Source: Monocercomonoides exilis PA203
Taxonomy: Eukaryota; Protista; Preaxostyla
Reading direction: 5' to 3'
Assembly: GCA_001643675.2 (NCBI GenBank)
Contig: LSRY02000047.1
Span: forward strand, 248,001 to 312,000
DNA: 64,000 nt
In this document: one piece after another, positions 15,001 to 25,898 of the stretch
Layout of the letters: each line of letters begins with the position of its first letter
How positions within the stretch are numbered: position 1 is the first letter of the stretch
Translations under genes and position numbers: made by a program
Notes under the pieces: model-generated
Seen by the model: the letters and a program-made list of their open reading frames with translations, nothing else
Told to the model about the DNA's origin: nothing
Databases searched by the model: none

Positions 15001-18000
15001 TCTGGTGAGTGAGGCAGACGCAACATGGGAAAGCGTGGATTTGCTATTTCCGAGCTTGTTCATATCTCCAGAAGGAGTGGAGTCGCTGCTGAATTCACGA
15101 GATGGAGTGCTAAAGATGTGCTCCTTTTCATTTTTGAGCTTGACACCTCAACAGAAGGTTGGGTTTTGCCTGGTCAAGGCAGATGGTGGCAGAGTTGAAA
15201 TGATGAGTGTGAAAGTGATTGGGAAGCAGGGAGTTCTCTCATTTGCAAGTTCTCCGTTTGCCTGTTCGTCGAGTGTTGGGGAATGGAAGATGACGAAATG
15301 CCTTGTGGGAAACGTGAAGGTTGAAGGAGGTAGCATGCTGAGCATCGCTTATTCATCTCCGCAAAGTGAATGCAAGATATCGATGCAGAATTGCACGATC
15401 GCTTCTGTTGAAAACACGAATGGCGAAGCGTGTGTGCTGAACACAATGTTGAATGTCCAGACAACAATGATTGTTGAGCTTGATGCTGTGGCGTTTGAGG
15501 GATGCAAATCAGCAAAGTCAGAAAGGGGAGGAGCATTGGGAATGAGCATGGGGTGTGGCAGCAGTCTGAGTGTGGTGAATGATTCACAGTTTGGAGGGTG
15601 TGAATGCAGTTCAGAGAGTGGGAAAGGAGGGGGAGTGTTTGTTGAATGCAAAAGCGATGGTGAGGAGTATTTCTTTTCATCAGTTGTATTTGGAGAAACA
15701 AACAAAGCGAAACAGGGGAAGAATGTGTTTGTGATGAGCGACAAGCTGAATTCGAGTGTGAGCATGCTGCACTTTGGAGAATGGGTCTGCACTTGGAAGG
15801 AGGAACAAAATGCGTTTGTGGGAAGTGATGAGCATTTTGGTGAGGGTGTGGATTTGGGTCTGTTTTTATTTGAGCATTTTGCACCAGAGATATGGGTATC
15901 TTCAGAAAATGGATATGATGCGATTGGTTGTGGAGATAACAGAGTGATGTGTGGGACAGTTGGGTTTGGGCTGGAACGTCTGTCAAGCAGTGAAAGTGAA
16001 GGAAGCCAGAAAACGCTCAATCTGATGAATGAGAACTGGATGAAGGAAGAAATGGAGCTTGACGATCGCCAGATTGAATCGGGATTGGAAAATGAGAAGA
16101 CCACTCTTGTTGTGGGACGTGAGGTGAGTGGGAGCAGAGAAGATGCTGTGCTTGTGAGCGGAAAAGGGAGGTTGAGGATGCTGAGCATATCGCTTGGAAG
16201 CACTCTTTCAGAGAGGAAAAGTGTGCTATTTGCCGTTAATCAGCAGAAAAGCGAACTGTGTGTTGAGAGATGTGATTTTGCAAAGCAGGGTGGAGCATCA
16301 GGGATGAATTTTAATCTGATTCGGCAGAGCTCGGGCAAAGTTGAAATAATCAGATGTGCGATTGATGAGTTGACGATGGGAGCTTCAGCTTTTGTTGTTG
16401 GTGGTGGTTCGTCATATTTTGGAATGAACAGGACAAAAGTGATGAAAGTGGAGTTTGAGGAAGGATGTGCATTGGAGATTGAAGATGGAGGCAAACAGAA
16501 TGGAGCAGAGGAGCTTGGAGTTGCAATCGAAGGGTGCATTTTCTCTTCTATTCAGCAGACAGGAGTGGAAGAAAAGAGAAAGCCCAGCATTGTTGACTCA
16601 CATGTGTTGAAGAGCGGGTATTCTTTCGTTGTGCTGAACAGCTCGTTTGAAGGATGCAGTTCTGCAGAAGAGAGAGAAGGAGGAGTGCTGCATTGCGAAT
16701 ATGAAAGAGAGATGAAGTTTGAGATCAAAGACTCGAATGGAACATCGTGCAGTGCGGTGAAAGGAAAAGGAGGGTTTTTGTTCTTGGACTGCCATGGGGA
16801 GGGAGAGCTTGGGTTTTTGCTGAACAACACGCTGTTCAGGAACAACATGGCTGTGAAGGGGAGAGATGTGTTTGTTGTTTGCTATTTGATAAGTGCACAG
16901 ATCAACGAGCGACAGTTTGTGTTCCGGATGGATGAAGGGGTGTTCAACAGGACAGATGCTCTGTATGGGAGAGACTCGACGCTGGGGGAGGAGGACGAGG
17001 ATATCAACCTGATTGGATATGTATTGTTTTACCGTTCGGATACTGTTTATGTGTCATCCGCAAAGTTTGATGAAACAAGGATGTGTGGGTCTGCGTCTGC
17101 CCCGTGCCGAACAGTGGATGTTGGGAATGAGCATGTTCAGGGGGATTATGACAGGAGGATACTGATTGAGGGATGTGTGCCGATTGAAGGGTGGATGCGA
17201 GCAGAGAATGTTGTGCTTCAGAGAAAAGGGAAAGGAGAAGGGATGGTTGTTCTGATGAAAGGGGCAGAAGACGAAGCAGAAAGTGTGATCAGCTGCAGCG
17301 GAGATGTGATGCTTCAAGGGTTGAGTGTTGTATTTTCTGAGCAGTCGCTGATTGGCAAGCAGTCGAGTGTTCTGTTGTGTGAAGAAAATGGAGAACTGTC
17401 GGTTGCCTCGTGTTCATTCGGGCGAATGAAAGTGAGTGAAGAGGGAAGTGACAACAGGTTGAGCATTCCATTTTCGGTTGTGAAATGTGTTGGTGGAAGT
17501 GTTTTGATGAATTCTGTGGTTATTGAAGGATTGACATTTGAGAAGTCTGTTCTTGTGTTTTCAGAGGGATCTGCTTTGAGAATGCAGGGTTTGAACTGCT
17601 TTGATGCTGTGCTTTGCGAGAGTTTTCTTGCATCAAGAGAATGCAAGATGACCCTTGATGGTATCAATATTTCAGGGATCATTGCTGGAGCATCGATTTT
17701 TGAGATGCAAGGTGTGAATGGGGAGATGTCGATTGAAAAAATGGTGATGAAAAATGTTGAGCTGAGGAATGGAAGCATTGTTGATATTCAAGAAGCAAAA
17801 CCCGAAAGAGAGCAAGAAGAGGAGAACGATGAGCCAGTCGCCATGATGAGTGTTTCTGAATATGCTAACATCACATCGAGTCACTCAGAATCGGCAGTCA
17901 TTATGTGCAATGGATTCAGAGGAGCAATGAGACTTGCAAACTGCACTGTGAAGGAGAACAGAATGAAGAAAGACAAAGGGGATGAGCTTTGTGTGTCCTT

Positions 18001-20119
18001 CTGCAAAATGGTTGATTTGGACTCATGCATTTTCGAGGGAGAAAAGGAAATGGCAGAGGAAGAAGAAATCGAAGAGACCAGAAAGAGAGATGAACTGTGC
18101 AAGTGGAATGGATCACTTGTCGATGTGATTGGCAGCGCGATTTGTGTGAAATACTCAGAGGTGGCGAATTCTGGGAAAGGAGGGATGTCCATATGGGGTG
18201 GGATTGTTTCCATTGAAAAAAGTGAGTTTTGGAACAACAATCCGGAGGTGCCAGGGTATGGGTCAGCTCGGAGGAATGTGCTATGTGCAGGAGCAGGGGA
18301 GTTGAATGTGATGAGTCTGAAAGGAGGGGATGGAGCGTTGCCGAATGCATCGCTGTGGATTCTGAACGATGGTTGTGCCGTTAAAGGGGTGGTGGTGGGC
18401 AGAGAATCGCTGTTTTTCATTCCAGTTTTGGAGGATGTGAAGGTTGAGTGCACAGAAAAGAAATGCGAGGTTGTGTTTTTTGGGCGTGAACTTATGCCTT
18501 GTAATTTGTCGTTCCAGGTTGTGTATGTGGCAGGAGACTCGAAACAAATTGATAAGCATGTGTTTTTGGAGGATGGATATATTTCAGAATGTGAGGTGCG
18601 AGGCACAGTAGAAGACTCAAAAATGACAACATCATCTGAGGAGACAGAAGTGTCAGTGTGCATTCTTTTTGGAAATGAAGGATCTCCATCAACTACCGAA
18701 TCATTTGTTGTGAATAACAGAAGTGAAAAAATAGAGAAAGGGGATGAAAGAATTGTTGAAGGAGGAAAAGAAGAGAAATCATCTTGGGCTTCATTTATTG
18801 CGATAATATTTGTTGTTTTGTTTTTGATTGTTCTCATTGGATTTGTTTTGTTTGTTATTCGATGGAAGAAGGTCAAGAATGAGAACAAAGATCTGAGAGA
18901 GATTGTGAATGATAACATCAAAAAGGATCCAAAGGCGTTTGAGATGGTGACGATGGAGATGTCTCCAGAGGAGCAATGGAGGAGAGCAGAGAGGGAGGCT
19001 GAGAAGAAGAATGAAGAGAGGATCAAGAAGAGGGTGTATGACACAAATATGGAACATTCAGAGTCATCAGAGCATCTTCTATCTGAGAGTGACTCCACTG
19101 AATACATTCTGGGAAGAGACTCAGATAAGATCCCAGAATGGATGCTGGAGAAAGTTGACGAAAAAGAAGATGAGGAAACAAGAAAGAGAACTCCATCGCC
19201 TTCCATTTCATCCACTTCAACAACAGACACTTCAGACACAGAATCCACTTTTGTTCGTAGGGAGGATCTGTGTCCAACCACTTCATCGATGTCGAATCTG
19301 GTGGATGCGATGGCGTGCTCGTCTCCTCATGAGAAGCTGATTGTGGATCTGAGGGATTCTTTGTTTATGTTGTTGCATGGAAGGAACGAGAAGAAGGAGA
19401 TGGCGATTGGGGCTCTGCAAGAGAGGGAGCAGACAGCTGCTCAGGTTCTGTTCTGGGTGGCAAATCTCGCTCTTCACTCATTTGATGAAATGGAAAATGA
19501 ATTATCTTCTCTTGCCAATCTGAGTCCGCACATTGTGCTGTTCTCCGAACACATGGTTATTTGCATTGCTATGCATTCTAATTGCTTCTTCGATTCTGAT
19601 TCGGATTCTTCGTCGATATCTTCATCAACTGTTGTGACATCAGCAAGTGATGATGACGAGGAGGACTCTCTGCCCTCATCAGCGTTTGAGGATGAGAATG
19701 ATTTCAAAAAAGAGTGCTTGAGGTGGAAGGCTCCAGAGTTGCTGATCAACAAGAAGTTGGGAGCGTCAAAGGAATCGGTTGCATTCTCGATCGGAATGAT
19801 GCTTTGGGAGTGCTTGACATTGAATATTCCCTTTGGGGAGTATGAAGCAGAAATAGCTGGAGACAAGATTGTGAAAGGAGAAAGACCAAGTTTGGAGGGA
19901 ATTCAAAGCTCAAAGCATTTGCAAGCAGTTATTTCGTGCACTTCAGGGAATTCTGAAGACAGACCCACATTGGCTGATCTGAAGCGTCACTTTATCCAGT
20001 GCTTCCCAGCAGATGTAGTGCTGATCACAGTTTCAGATGCCATTATCGATGAAGAAGGTTCTGATGATGAACAAGTTCCAAGCAACAACAACGAAAGCTG
20101 TGGGCAATCGGAATCTTGA
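12008..20119 (+). CDS. Giant single-pass receptor-like protein: signal peptide, repeated Cys-rich/beta-helix ectodomain modules, TM helix, cytoplasmic TK/TKL-like pseudokinase
   Basis: Intronless ~2700-aa ORF with hydrophobic N-terminus MRWLFFVLYLVQSYCIA. Four YV/I-S..G.D...CG.....C.T modules (~13700, 14760, 15890, 17050) with GGG(M/V/F) and F..N.A..GRD motifs. TM WASFIAIIFVVLFLIVLIGFVLFVI followed by RWKK. Kinase C-lobe LRWKAPELL..AFSIGMMLWECLT..IPF..RP..DRPTL. Confidence 0.85.
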   Translation: MRWLFFVLYLVQSYCIAQQHSLQLNEQLSSPGLLEQINHHNSLYSSGNFCNNERNSFLLRIKSSDWSEMKASVKLRNASLEVRKGGFTPKEQEHVVHLEGKSLLVLNDCKITFCGHSQKSLISHLGGNIHLRNISFCFADCHAISVQPVVWSQKDHSSAVGDGNLIVENSAFSCFELKQGPFLHSESISSVLLAQTLFFNISTAVTNRQSNICTENAFTSTLSNCVFCNVDDAIYGGIVASMNSQQAQLFTTNCSFVRCFHSSNARNASTHIDISSSISFISTDFENCSGVKGGAITADDRPSLALCIVDCAFKKCTASSRAGAIFVNNAMCAHIKQSNFSGNSAPTRGTTEFLNVSTGFYIGDCHFEFGKTTSGNHAFIVTTYIGATSCECVCPNEPSRHCTSSSSSFSSDITRFSPKEKGTEYIIPQKRNEEEGSLVERCSFQYGLAADVGGAGSIQCCNSLFSMRECDFQHNRAKGSFIGCLELIIKKDSFISRTWLAFCYFYNNSVSGGLGNDVYLNHFSEYTLTSELLFNCFTIEKSAKSVSNSTHDFSDWIGETLIERYVSTSGSDNKSMCGKSESDACLTIGYATSQFVHWMDCSIHLLRGRFEQEGTTIEVGEKRIGIRGKGRADTTISSQLLENGKEALWLVSEGRLAMESLTFVRVCEEERHEMQRMVVLKTATGDGRIDLNDMRIEGEKATESLSFSAPLLEAKGGKMNLNNVECTSMRSSVPLLSLSEGVLLEMNLCNIFGIESVGDCPSVVDGLAPKGMMLCSECIFEGCLGRMSKKGGCMKITVDADKEAILLNGTSFDGCEASTEVDDETKSGRGGGMYLDATLGSEIRMMELQFSRNNASCGRDIYFVCEDLRVSVTQLMFPFWSSIENKENSLFGSDHQVARGCDVDLFVFLSGFLEKEVYIGQSGEDATYCGHVLYPCKTLDEGMKHLGSVEGDGRILVKENGVCRKQLNISGVSVNGVGSSETVGIELHESLSGSEKDVLVSEADATWESVDLLFPSLFISPEGVESLLNSRDGVLKMCSFSFLSLTPQQKVGFCLVKADGGRVEMMSVKVIGKQGVLSFASSPFACSSSVGEWKMTKCLVGNVKVEGGSMLSIAYSSPQSECKISMQNCTIASVENTNGEACVLNTMLNVQTTMIVELDAVAFEGCKSAKSERGGALGMSMGCGSSLSVVNDSQFGGCECSSESGKGGGVFVECKSDGEEYFFSSVVFGETNKAKQGKNVFVMSDKLNSSVSMLHFGEWVCTWKEEQNAFVGSDEHFGEGVDLGLFLFEHFAPEIWVSSENGYDAIGCGDNRVMCGTVGFGLERLSSSESEGSQKTLNLMNENWMKEEMELDDRQIESGLENEKTTLVVGREVSGSREDAVLVSGKGRLRMLSISLGSTLSERKSVLFAVNQQKSELCVERCDFAKQGGASGMNFNLIRQSSGKVEIIRCAIDELTMGASAFVVGGGSSYFGMNRTKVMKVEFEEGCALEIEDGGKQNGAEELGVAIEGCIFSSIQQTGVEEKRKPSIVDSHVLKSGYSFVVLNSSFEGCSSAEEREGGVLHCEYEREMKFEIKDSNGTSCSAVKGKGGFLFLDCHGEGELGFLLNNTLFRNNMAVKGRDVFVVCYLISAQINERQFVFRMDEGVFNRTDALYGRDSTLGEEDEDINLIGYVLFYRSDTVYVSSAKFDETRMCGSASAPCRTVDVGNEHVQGDYDRRILIEGCVPIEGWMRAENVVLQRKGKGEGMVVLMKGAEDEAESVISCSGDVMLQGLSVVFSEQSLIGKQSSVLLCEENGELSVASCSFGRMKVSEEGSDNRLSIPFSVVKCVGGSVLMNSVVIEGLTFEKSVLVFSEGSALRMQGLNCFDAVLCESFLASRECKMTLDGINISGIIAGASIFEMQGVNGEMSIEKMVMKNVELRNGSIVDIQEAKPEREQEEENDEPVAMMSVSEYANITSSHSESAVIMCNGFRGAMRLANCTVKENRMKKDKGDELCVSFCKMVDLDSCIFEGEKEMAEEEEIEETRKRDELCKWNGSLVDVIGSAICVKYSEVANSGKGGMSIWGGIVSIEKSEFWNNNPEVPGYGSARRNVLCAGAGELNVMSLKGGDGALPNASLWILNDGCAVKGVVVGRESLFFIPVLEDVKVECTEKKCEVVFFGRELMPCNLSFQVVYVAGDSKQIDKHVFLEDGYISECEVRGTVEDSKMTTSSEETEVSVCILFGNEGSPSTTESFVVNNRSEKIEKGDERIVEGGKEEKSSWASFIAIIFVVLFLIVLIGFVLFVIRWKKVKNENKDLREIVNDNIKKDPKAFEMVTMEMSPEEQWRRAEREAEKKNEERIKKRVYDTNMEHSESSEHLLSESDSTEYILGRDSDKIPEWMLEKVDEKEDEETRKRTPSPSISSTSTTDTSDTESTFVRREDLCPTTSSMSNLVDAMACSSPHEKLIVDLRDSLFMLLHGRNEKKEMAIGALQEREQTAAQVLFWVANLALHSFDEMENELSSLANLSPHIVLFSEHMVICIAMHSNCFFDSDSDSSSISSSTVVTSASDDDEEDSLPSSAFEDENDFKKECLRWKAPELLINKKLGASKESVAFSIGMMLWECLTLNIPFGEYEAEIAGDKIVKGERPSLEGIQSSKHLQAVISCTSGNSEDRPTLADLKRHFIQCFPADVVLITVSDAIIDEEGSDDEQVPSNNNESCGQSES

Positions 20120-21024
20120 AATATGCAGATTTCACTCTTGCACATTTTATGAATGAAACAATATTTTCAAATTGACAAAAAGACACAAGAGTGCATTTGC
20201 TTCGAAGATGAAACATGAGATTTAAAAGAACTGCCATTACCTAAAGTTGCTTTGGGTTTTTGAAATAAAAGGTTTTTCAATAGAGAATAACAAGAATCAC
20301 CAGGAATCGTATCATTATTATTGCCAAAAGTTTAGTCATCACTCAATCATTCTCACAATATCATTGAAATTTTTGAATGTGTTACCCGTTTTGCAAGCTC
20401 AGTGAAAAAGGAATTTGTTTGTATTTTGTCCAGGAAACATCAAATGTCAACAGCCTTTGCTTGGATTTGTGTTCAAAATGCAAATACTCAAAAGTTCTAT
20501 TGGTTTGAGAGTGGGTTCCAAAAATGATTGTCTTTATTTCTCAAGGGAGTCATGATTAAATTTGACATTTCTTGCTCATTCACTTCACATTTAATTCCAT
20601 TTCAACAAAACAATAAATAAAGTTCTCAATATTTTCAAAGGTCTACAAAAAAACGCTTTTTCTTTCTTTCAATAGTCCAGATTCTTGAGTGAAAATTGAA
20701 TTTGTCAAAAAGAAAAAGGTTGCTGCCAAAAATAAAATAGAAAATGGACTTTAATGACTAGATAGTTTATCAATATGCATATTTGCAAGTGCATAATATC
20801 TCAACTCCCAAAGAAGATTGACACAAAACAATATGCAGTTGCATTGTCTGCTGTTGTGTGCCAAACACTGCTTTGGTTCTGAAACATCAGCGCACAAGCA
20901 AGCTGAAAGAAATCAGCGTGCTTTTGCAAGCAGGTGCAAATAAATGATAAATGTAATTGCAAAAGAAAACAGAAAAAAATGGGAAAAAAAAACAAATAAA
21001 AGGAAAAAAATGAAAAATGAAAAG

Positions 21025-21050
21025 TTAAGATAAGATAAGATAAGATAAGA
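21025..21050. repeat. (TAAGA)n microsatellite
   Basis: taagataagataagataagataaga, just 3' of the kinase stop codon. Confidence 0.8.
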
Positions 21051-21090
21051 AGTAGAAGATGAAGATGAAGAAGAAATTGCTAATATTCAG

Positions 21091-23368
21091 TTATAAGAAC
21101 TTCTCAAATAGCCATGAATATTCTTTGAAAAAAGAAAGACAAGGATGATTACGAAGAAATTCGGGATCACTAGAAATACTACTACCATTACGAAGAAGAA
21201 AGGTAATTCCACGAACAAGAACATTGCGATAAGGAATAAGGAAGGGAAAAGCACCAAGAAGAAAGGAAAAAGAACATTCAAGAATTTTTGGATGGAGAAG
21301 AAGAAAATTAAAAGCAAGAAGAAGGCCACGTCGACTTAGAAGTCGACGAAGAAGAGAAACAATAGAAGAAATAGCGAAAGAAGAGGAGGAAGAATTTGAA
21401 GGCTTTGAGGAAGAAGATGGTTTTAAGGAAGAAGAGGGCTTTGAGGAAGAAGACGATGATGAAGGAGAAAACCAATCATAAACCTCAGAAAGATAAGCAG
21501 GAAGAGGGGTGGAAGAAGAATTGGAATCTGAATCGGAATAGGATGAAACGCAGCGTTGAGAAGAAGATGAAGACTGACAAGAAGGACGGCAAATACAGGA
21601 AGATGATGACGATGATGATGAATGGGAAGAAGATGAATTAGAAGATGAAGAAGAACAACGATGAGAAGTAGAATTGGAGAATTGAGTGGAATGTGTAGGT
21701 TGAGAGGCAGAAATGGCAGAGAGAAGGGAATTTGAAGAGTCCTTCCGATGGACAAGTGGAGGAATTGATTGGCTGTGAATGGAATGAGAATGAGAATGAG
21801 AGTTAGAAAAGAATGAATCGCGGGAAGAGGTCTGAGAAAATGCGTGAGAAGAAGGAGACGGAGGAGAAGACGGATAAGAAGGGCAGCAAGCATATGAAGA
21901 AGAAGAGGGACAAGAAGATAAGGAAGAGGAAGAAGAATCACAAAAGGAGTCTGAATCTGAATAATCATAGTGTTGAGTTGAAGAATAAGAAGAAGAGTTA
22001 TGAGAAGGGCAGCAAGCAGAAGAAGAAGATGATGATGATGAACGTAACATTGTTGGCACAGGACGTTCCGAGGTCGATGACGAAATTGAAGCTGATTTTC
22101 CATTTTGTGAAGAAATTCTCTCTGTAATCTTTTCATGGTGCTTGTTCATCTCTCTCATCAGATGTTCAGTGCATTCTTCTCTTTGTACCCTTTGTGAGTA
22201 ATCTCTATGTTTCTGATATTCTCCCTTTGAGTCTTTGAAGCTGTTTTCAATACTACGATGAGTCTGCTTGTATATTTCCCGTTCCGTCTCAAATCGTCTT
22301 GGAAGCTTCGACTCTACACTTGGATGAGTAAGCACACTGGCCAAGTCAACTTTGCTGTCTGGGTTGTGGATAAGCAAAATTAATATGAGTGACGCAATCC
22401 CTTTGTCAATTGAATCACCTAAGTACATCTCAACGAATCTCCTTGCGCCAAGCCATGACAACTCTTCCAAATCATCTTGTGACAAAGGATGGAGCGTGCA
22501 CAATTCAAAGAGCACCATTCCAAGTTGCCTGAGATCGGTCGCTGAGTCTGAAAACGCTTGAGCTGCTGATGACGATGAACTCGAAGACGAAGCAGATGCC
22601 CGTCCCAATGCCGATGATGGCTTCTTGATTCGAAATAAGCCTGATTGATTAAAATCAAAAACGTTTTACCACTCAGATTTGTGAAAAATAGAAAAAAAAA
22701 CTTTTTCACATGCCTAGTTTTACGTGTCCATCAGGTGTCAGACGAATGTTGTTCGAATGAATGTTACCATGCTTCAAACCCATCTTGACATATTCAAAAA
22801 GCCCCAGCAAAAGTTCTGTTATGATGGTCCACAATTCCTTCAACAAATGAAAAAATTAAAAATTGATTTTTTTTGATAATATTATTTTATAAACTGCAAA
22901 TATAACATTGTCAATAAATGCAATGTGCAAACCTCATTAGAATAGTATTTCCAGTGTTTTTTTCTCTTCTCAATATCATCTTTCAGTAAAGTTCCTTCAC
23001 AGTACTCAAAAATAATGCGCAATTCGTTATCATCATTGAAATTTGCTTTCACAATGTTTTCAGTATATGGACTTTTGATTGTTTTCGCTTTTGAAAGCTT
23101 TAAGTTTATAAGTTCATATGCATAATAAAAGCTGTCTTCAAAATGATAACGCTTCAAAATGTTCTTTTCTCCATTTCCTTTCGATGCCCTGTACACTCTG
23201 CACTCTTCAGATGAATTCATTAACTCAATGCGTACATCTTTTCAATATTCAACACATAAATAAAATTCACGGTTGAGCCAAATTTAGCAACATTGCAAAA
23301 ACAAAAAACTGCAAACATTCATCCATAACACTTTGCATAATTTTCTCTTCAGCTTTCGATTTCGCCAT
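21091..23368 (-). CDS. NEK-like protein (pseudo)kinase with Ser-rich tail and hydrophobic C-terminus, 4 exons
   Basis: Exons 23368-23317, 23237-22933, 22837-22714 and 22640-21091 join in frame. Kinase-fold motifs LRIIFEYCEG.L..DI.KR, ELWTIITELLLGL, KHGNIHSNNIRL..DGHVKLG and TDLRQLGMVLFELCTL.PL. The third intron needs a GC donor. Confidence 0.75.
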
Positions 23369-23667
23369 CAAAGCTATTTCACGTCTGTAAAGAAAATATT
23401 TAAAAAAAATATACAGATCAATGTGTATAAAAGGCAATTGTTGATGTATCAAACTTTTATTAATCAAAAAATGGTTTATTATGAAGAAAACCAATATTTA
23501 GAATTGATATATTTTTTTCTAAATTCATTAAATTATTTCACTTTGACATCTTTGTTTCATTTCCTTTTTTTATTATTTTTGTTGATAATAGTCATTCAAA
23601 TTTTTTTGTAATAATAATGTTAGACTTGTTATGATTTGAGAAAAGAAAAACAATGTGAGAATATATA

Positions 23668-24632
23668 TGTGTCATTAATAAATCACGCCACTTTATTTTC
23701 ATCAGGTCTTATAATTTCTGGCCCTCCAGAACACTTTTGGAAAAAAACAAGTAACAGGAAACCTTCAAAATATTATTATATATTATTCCAGAAAATTTTT
23801 TTCAATTTTTGTATTTTTGTGAAAAGATCTGGAGTTTTTTGTTTTATTTTTCAGATAAAAGACTTGCTCGTATTTTCACGAGCTTTTTGTTTTGAGATTT
23901 TTAAGTGTTGTTTTTGTTATTGAACATAACTTCTTTATAATTTTGGTTATTTTTCATTGTTTAACACTTTGTTTTATTATTATTTTTTCCATTTCACTAA
24001 AATTTTAACAAATTAAAGATTTTGTTGTGATTATTGAGTTGCTTTGTTTTTTAATGTTGAAAAATAGTTGGAAAAAAAATTGAAATGATCATCACAAAAT
24101 TTTTAAAATAAAACAATGTGATATGAAGCGAAGGAATTGAAAAAACGCAAAAACAAATTTATTAGAAAAATAATTACGATCATAAAAAAATATGATTTTC
24201 TACTTATGAATACCTGTATTTGTTAATAATTTTCATATTCACATTTTCAAAAACGAAAAATTATGTTTATGAAAATGTATCCTTTTTATAATCAAAATTA
24301 AGTAAAATGGAAAAAATAATAAAAAACGATGTATTAAACAAAGAAAAATAACCAAAATTATAAAGAACTTATGTTCAATAACAATAAAAACACTTAAAAA
24401 TCTCAAAACAAAAAGCTCGTGAAAATACGAGCAAGTCTTTTATCTGAAAAATAAAACAAAAAACTCCAGATCTTTTCACAAAAATACAAAAATTGAAAAA
24501 AATTTTCTGGAATAATATATAATAATATTTTGAAGGTTTCCTGTTACTTGTTTTTTTCCAAAAGTGTTCTGGAGGGCCAGAAATTATAAGACCTGATGAA
24601 AATAAAGTGGCGTGATTTATTAATGACCCTCA
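23668..24632. mobile_element. Foldback/MITE-like element family A (~965 bp, ~285-bp inverted arms)
   Basis: 23671-23956 (gtcattaataaatcacgccac...ttttggttatttttc) is the near-exact reverse complement of 24343-24627, with an AT-rich spacer and no ORF. The right end gaccctca|ta suggests a TA-flanked TGAGGGTC terminus; the left end is degenerate. Confidence 0.85.
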
Positions 24633-25349
24633 TATTTATTTTAAAGAAATCATACTTCTGGAAATATCTTTTTCAGTTTTGTGAATGATTCATTTTCGGA
24701 AAGCTTTTGAAGAAAAAATAAATTGAAAAATAATTGAAAACGAAAAAAAAATTTTTCCGTATATGAAGGAGAAAAACAATTTCCAATGAGATTTTCTTTT
24801 TTTTGTATTTGAATTTGAATTTGAAAAATCTCTTTTGAACATAAGTTGAAAGAGATTTATTTAGTATACAGATTCGCTGATCTTTTTAAAAAATTCTTGT
24901 TGCTTAATATATAAGGAAAAAAAGCATCACACCTTGATGTAATTTTTGTTTTTTCTCATCAAATATCAATGTTTGGGAATGAATTCATTGTCAAGTTTTT
25001 ATTTATAAACGAGAGAAATGTGGAAAGAAGAAAGATAAAATCAAAAAAATATCAGTTTTTTTTTTAACCAGATAATTGTGTAATCATTTATGAGATTGCA
25101 TTTTTTTTTACTGTCAAACAGTTCCGTTTGAAATTCACTACGAATATTGATAAATGGGTAATTATTTTTTGTAACCATAACTTTTTTCGGTGTGTTTATG
25201 ATAAAGAATATATTTTTTTGTTTTAGTTAAATCTTTTTTTCTCACATTTCAAATTCATGAAACTGTTTTTTCAAAGTCAGTGTTTGAGATTGAACTTGAC
25301 ATAACAATTTCACAATATTGAAATAAGTTTGCAATGCTCATTTTATAAT

Positions 25350-25898
25350 ATGGGACAAAATATTTCACTTCAGGTATTTTCATTGAAAATTTGGGTGTGA
25401 ATATGTAACTTCAAGCTTTTTCATTGAAAAAATATGCTCTTTTTATTGTCTTTTTTTGATCAAAAAATCCATGCAAAATTTCTTTCTTTATTGTAATATT
25501 TGTGATGTCACAAAACTTTATGTTTCTATATCAATGATATCAGTTAATGAATATGAGAATCTTATTTATTCTGAAATCTGACAAAGATAAGAAAAGTTTT
25601 GAGTGAAACAATTTTTTTGTTTTTTGCGCATTAAAAGCTTGAATATTCATATTTTCCCCCATTTATGCACTTTTCATTGACCTTTTGAGAACAAAAAATC
25701 ATAAAAAGAATGTATCGATTTTTCGAAATACGTGAAATGTTGGAAGACTTTTTGTTTCTATTTCAACGATTCGTGTTTACGGATACAAAAATCAAATTTA
25801 TTTTGAAATTTGAGAAAGCAAAATTAAGATATGAGAGAATCTATTTTTTGTGCTTTGTACAAAAAAAGCTTGAAAGTCAGTATTTTCACCCATATTCG
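25350..25898. repeat. Two tandem diverged units of a dispersed ~230-bp AT-rich repeat
   Basis: The motif chain aatc..atttatt.tgaaat.tga...gag.gaa.c.attttt.gt..ttt.....aaaagcttgaa..tca.tatttt.ccc.at occurs at ~25550-25665 and ~25790-25898. Reverse-complement homologs lie at ~41575-41720 and ~63625-63900. Confidence 0.6.

Noticed and set aside
12136-19866. Numerous minus-strand ORFs up to 466 aa
   Set aside because: Antisense to the 2709-aa ORF, with no independent motifs.
20200-21000. Moderately GC-containing sequence after the receptor gene
   Set aside because: Only short, stop-interrupted frames; cannot support a CDS or pseudogene call.
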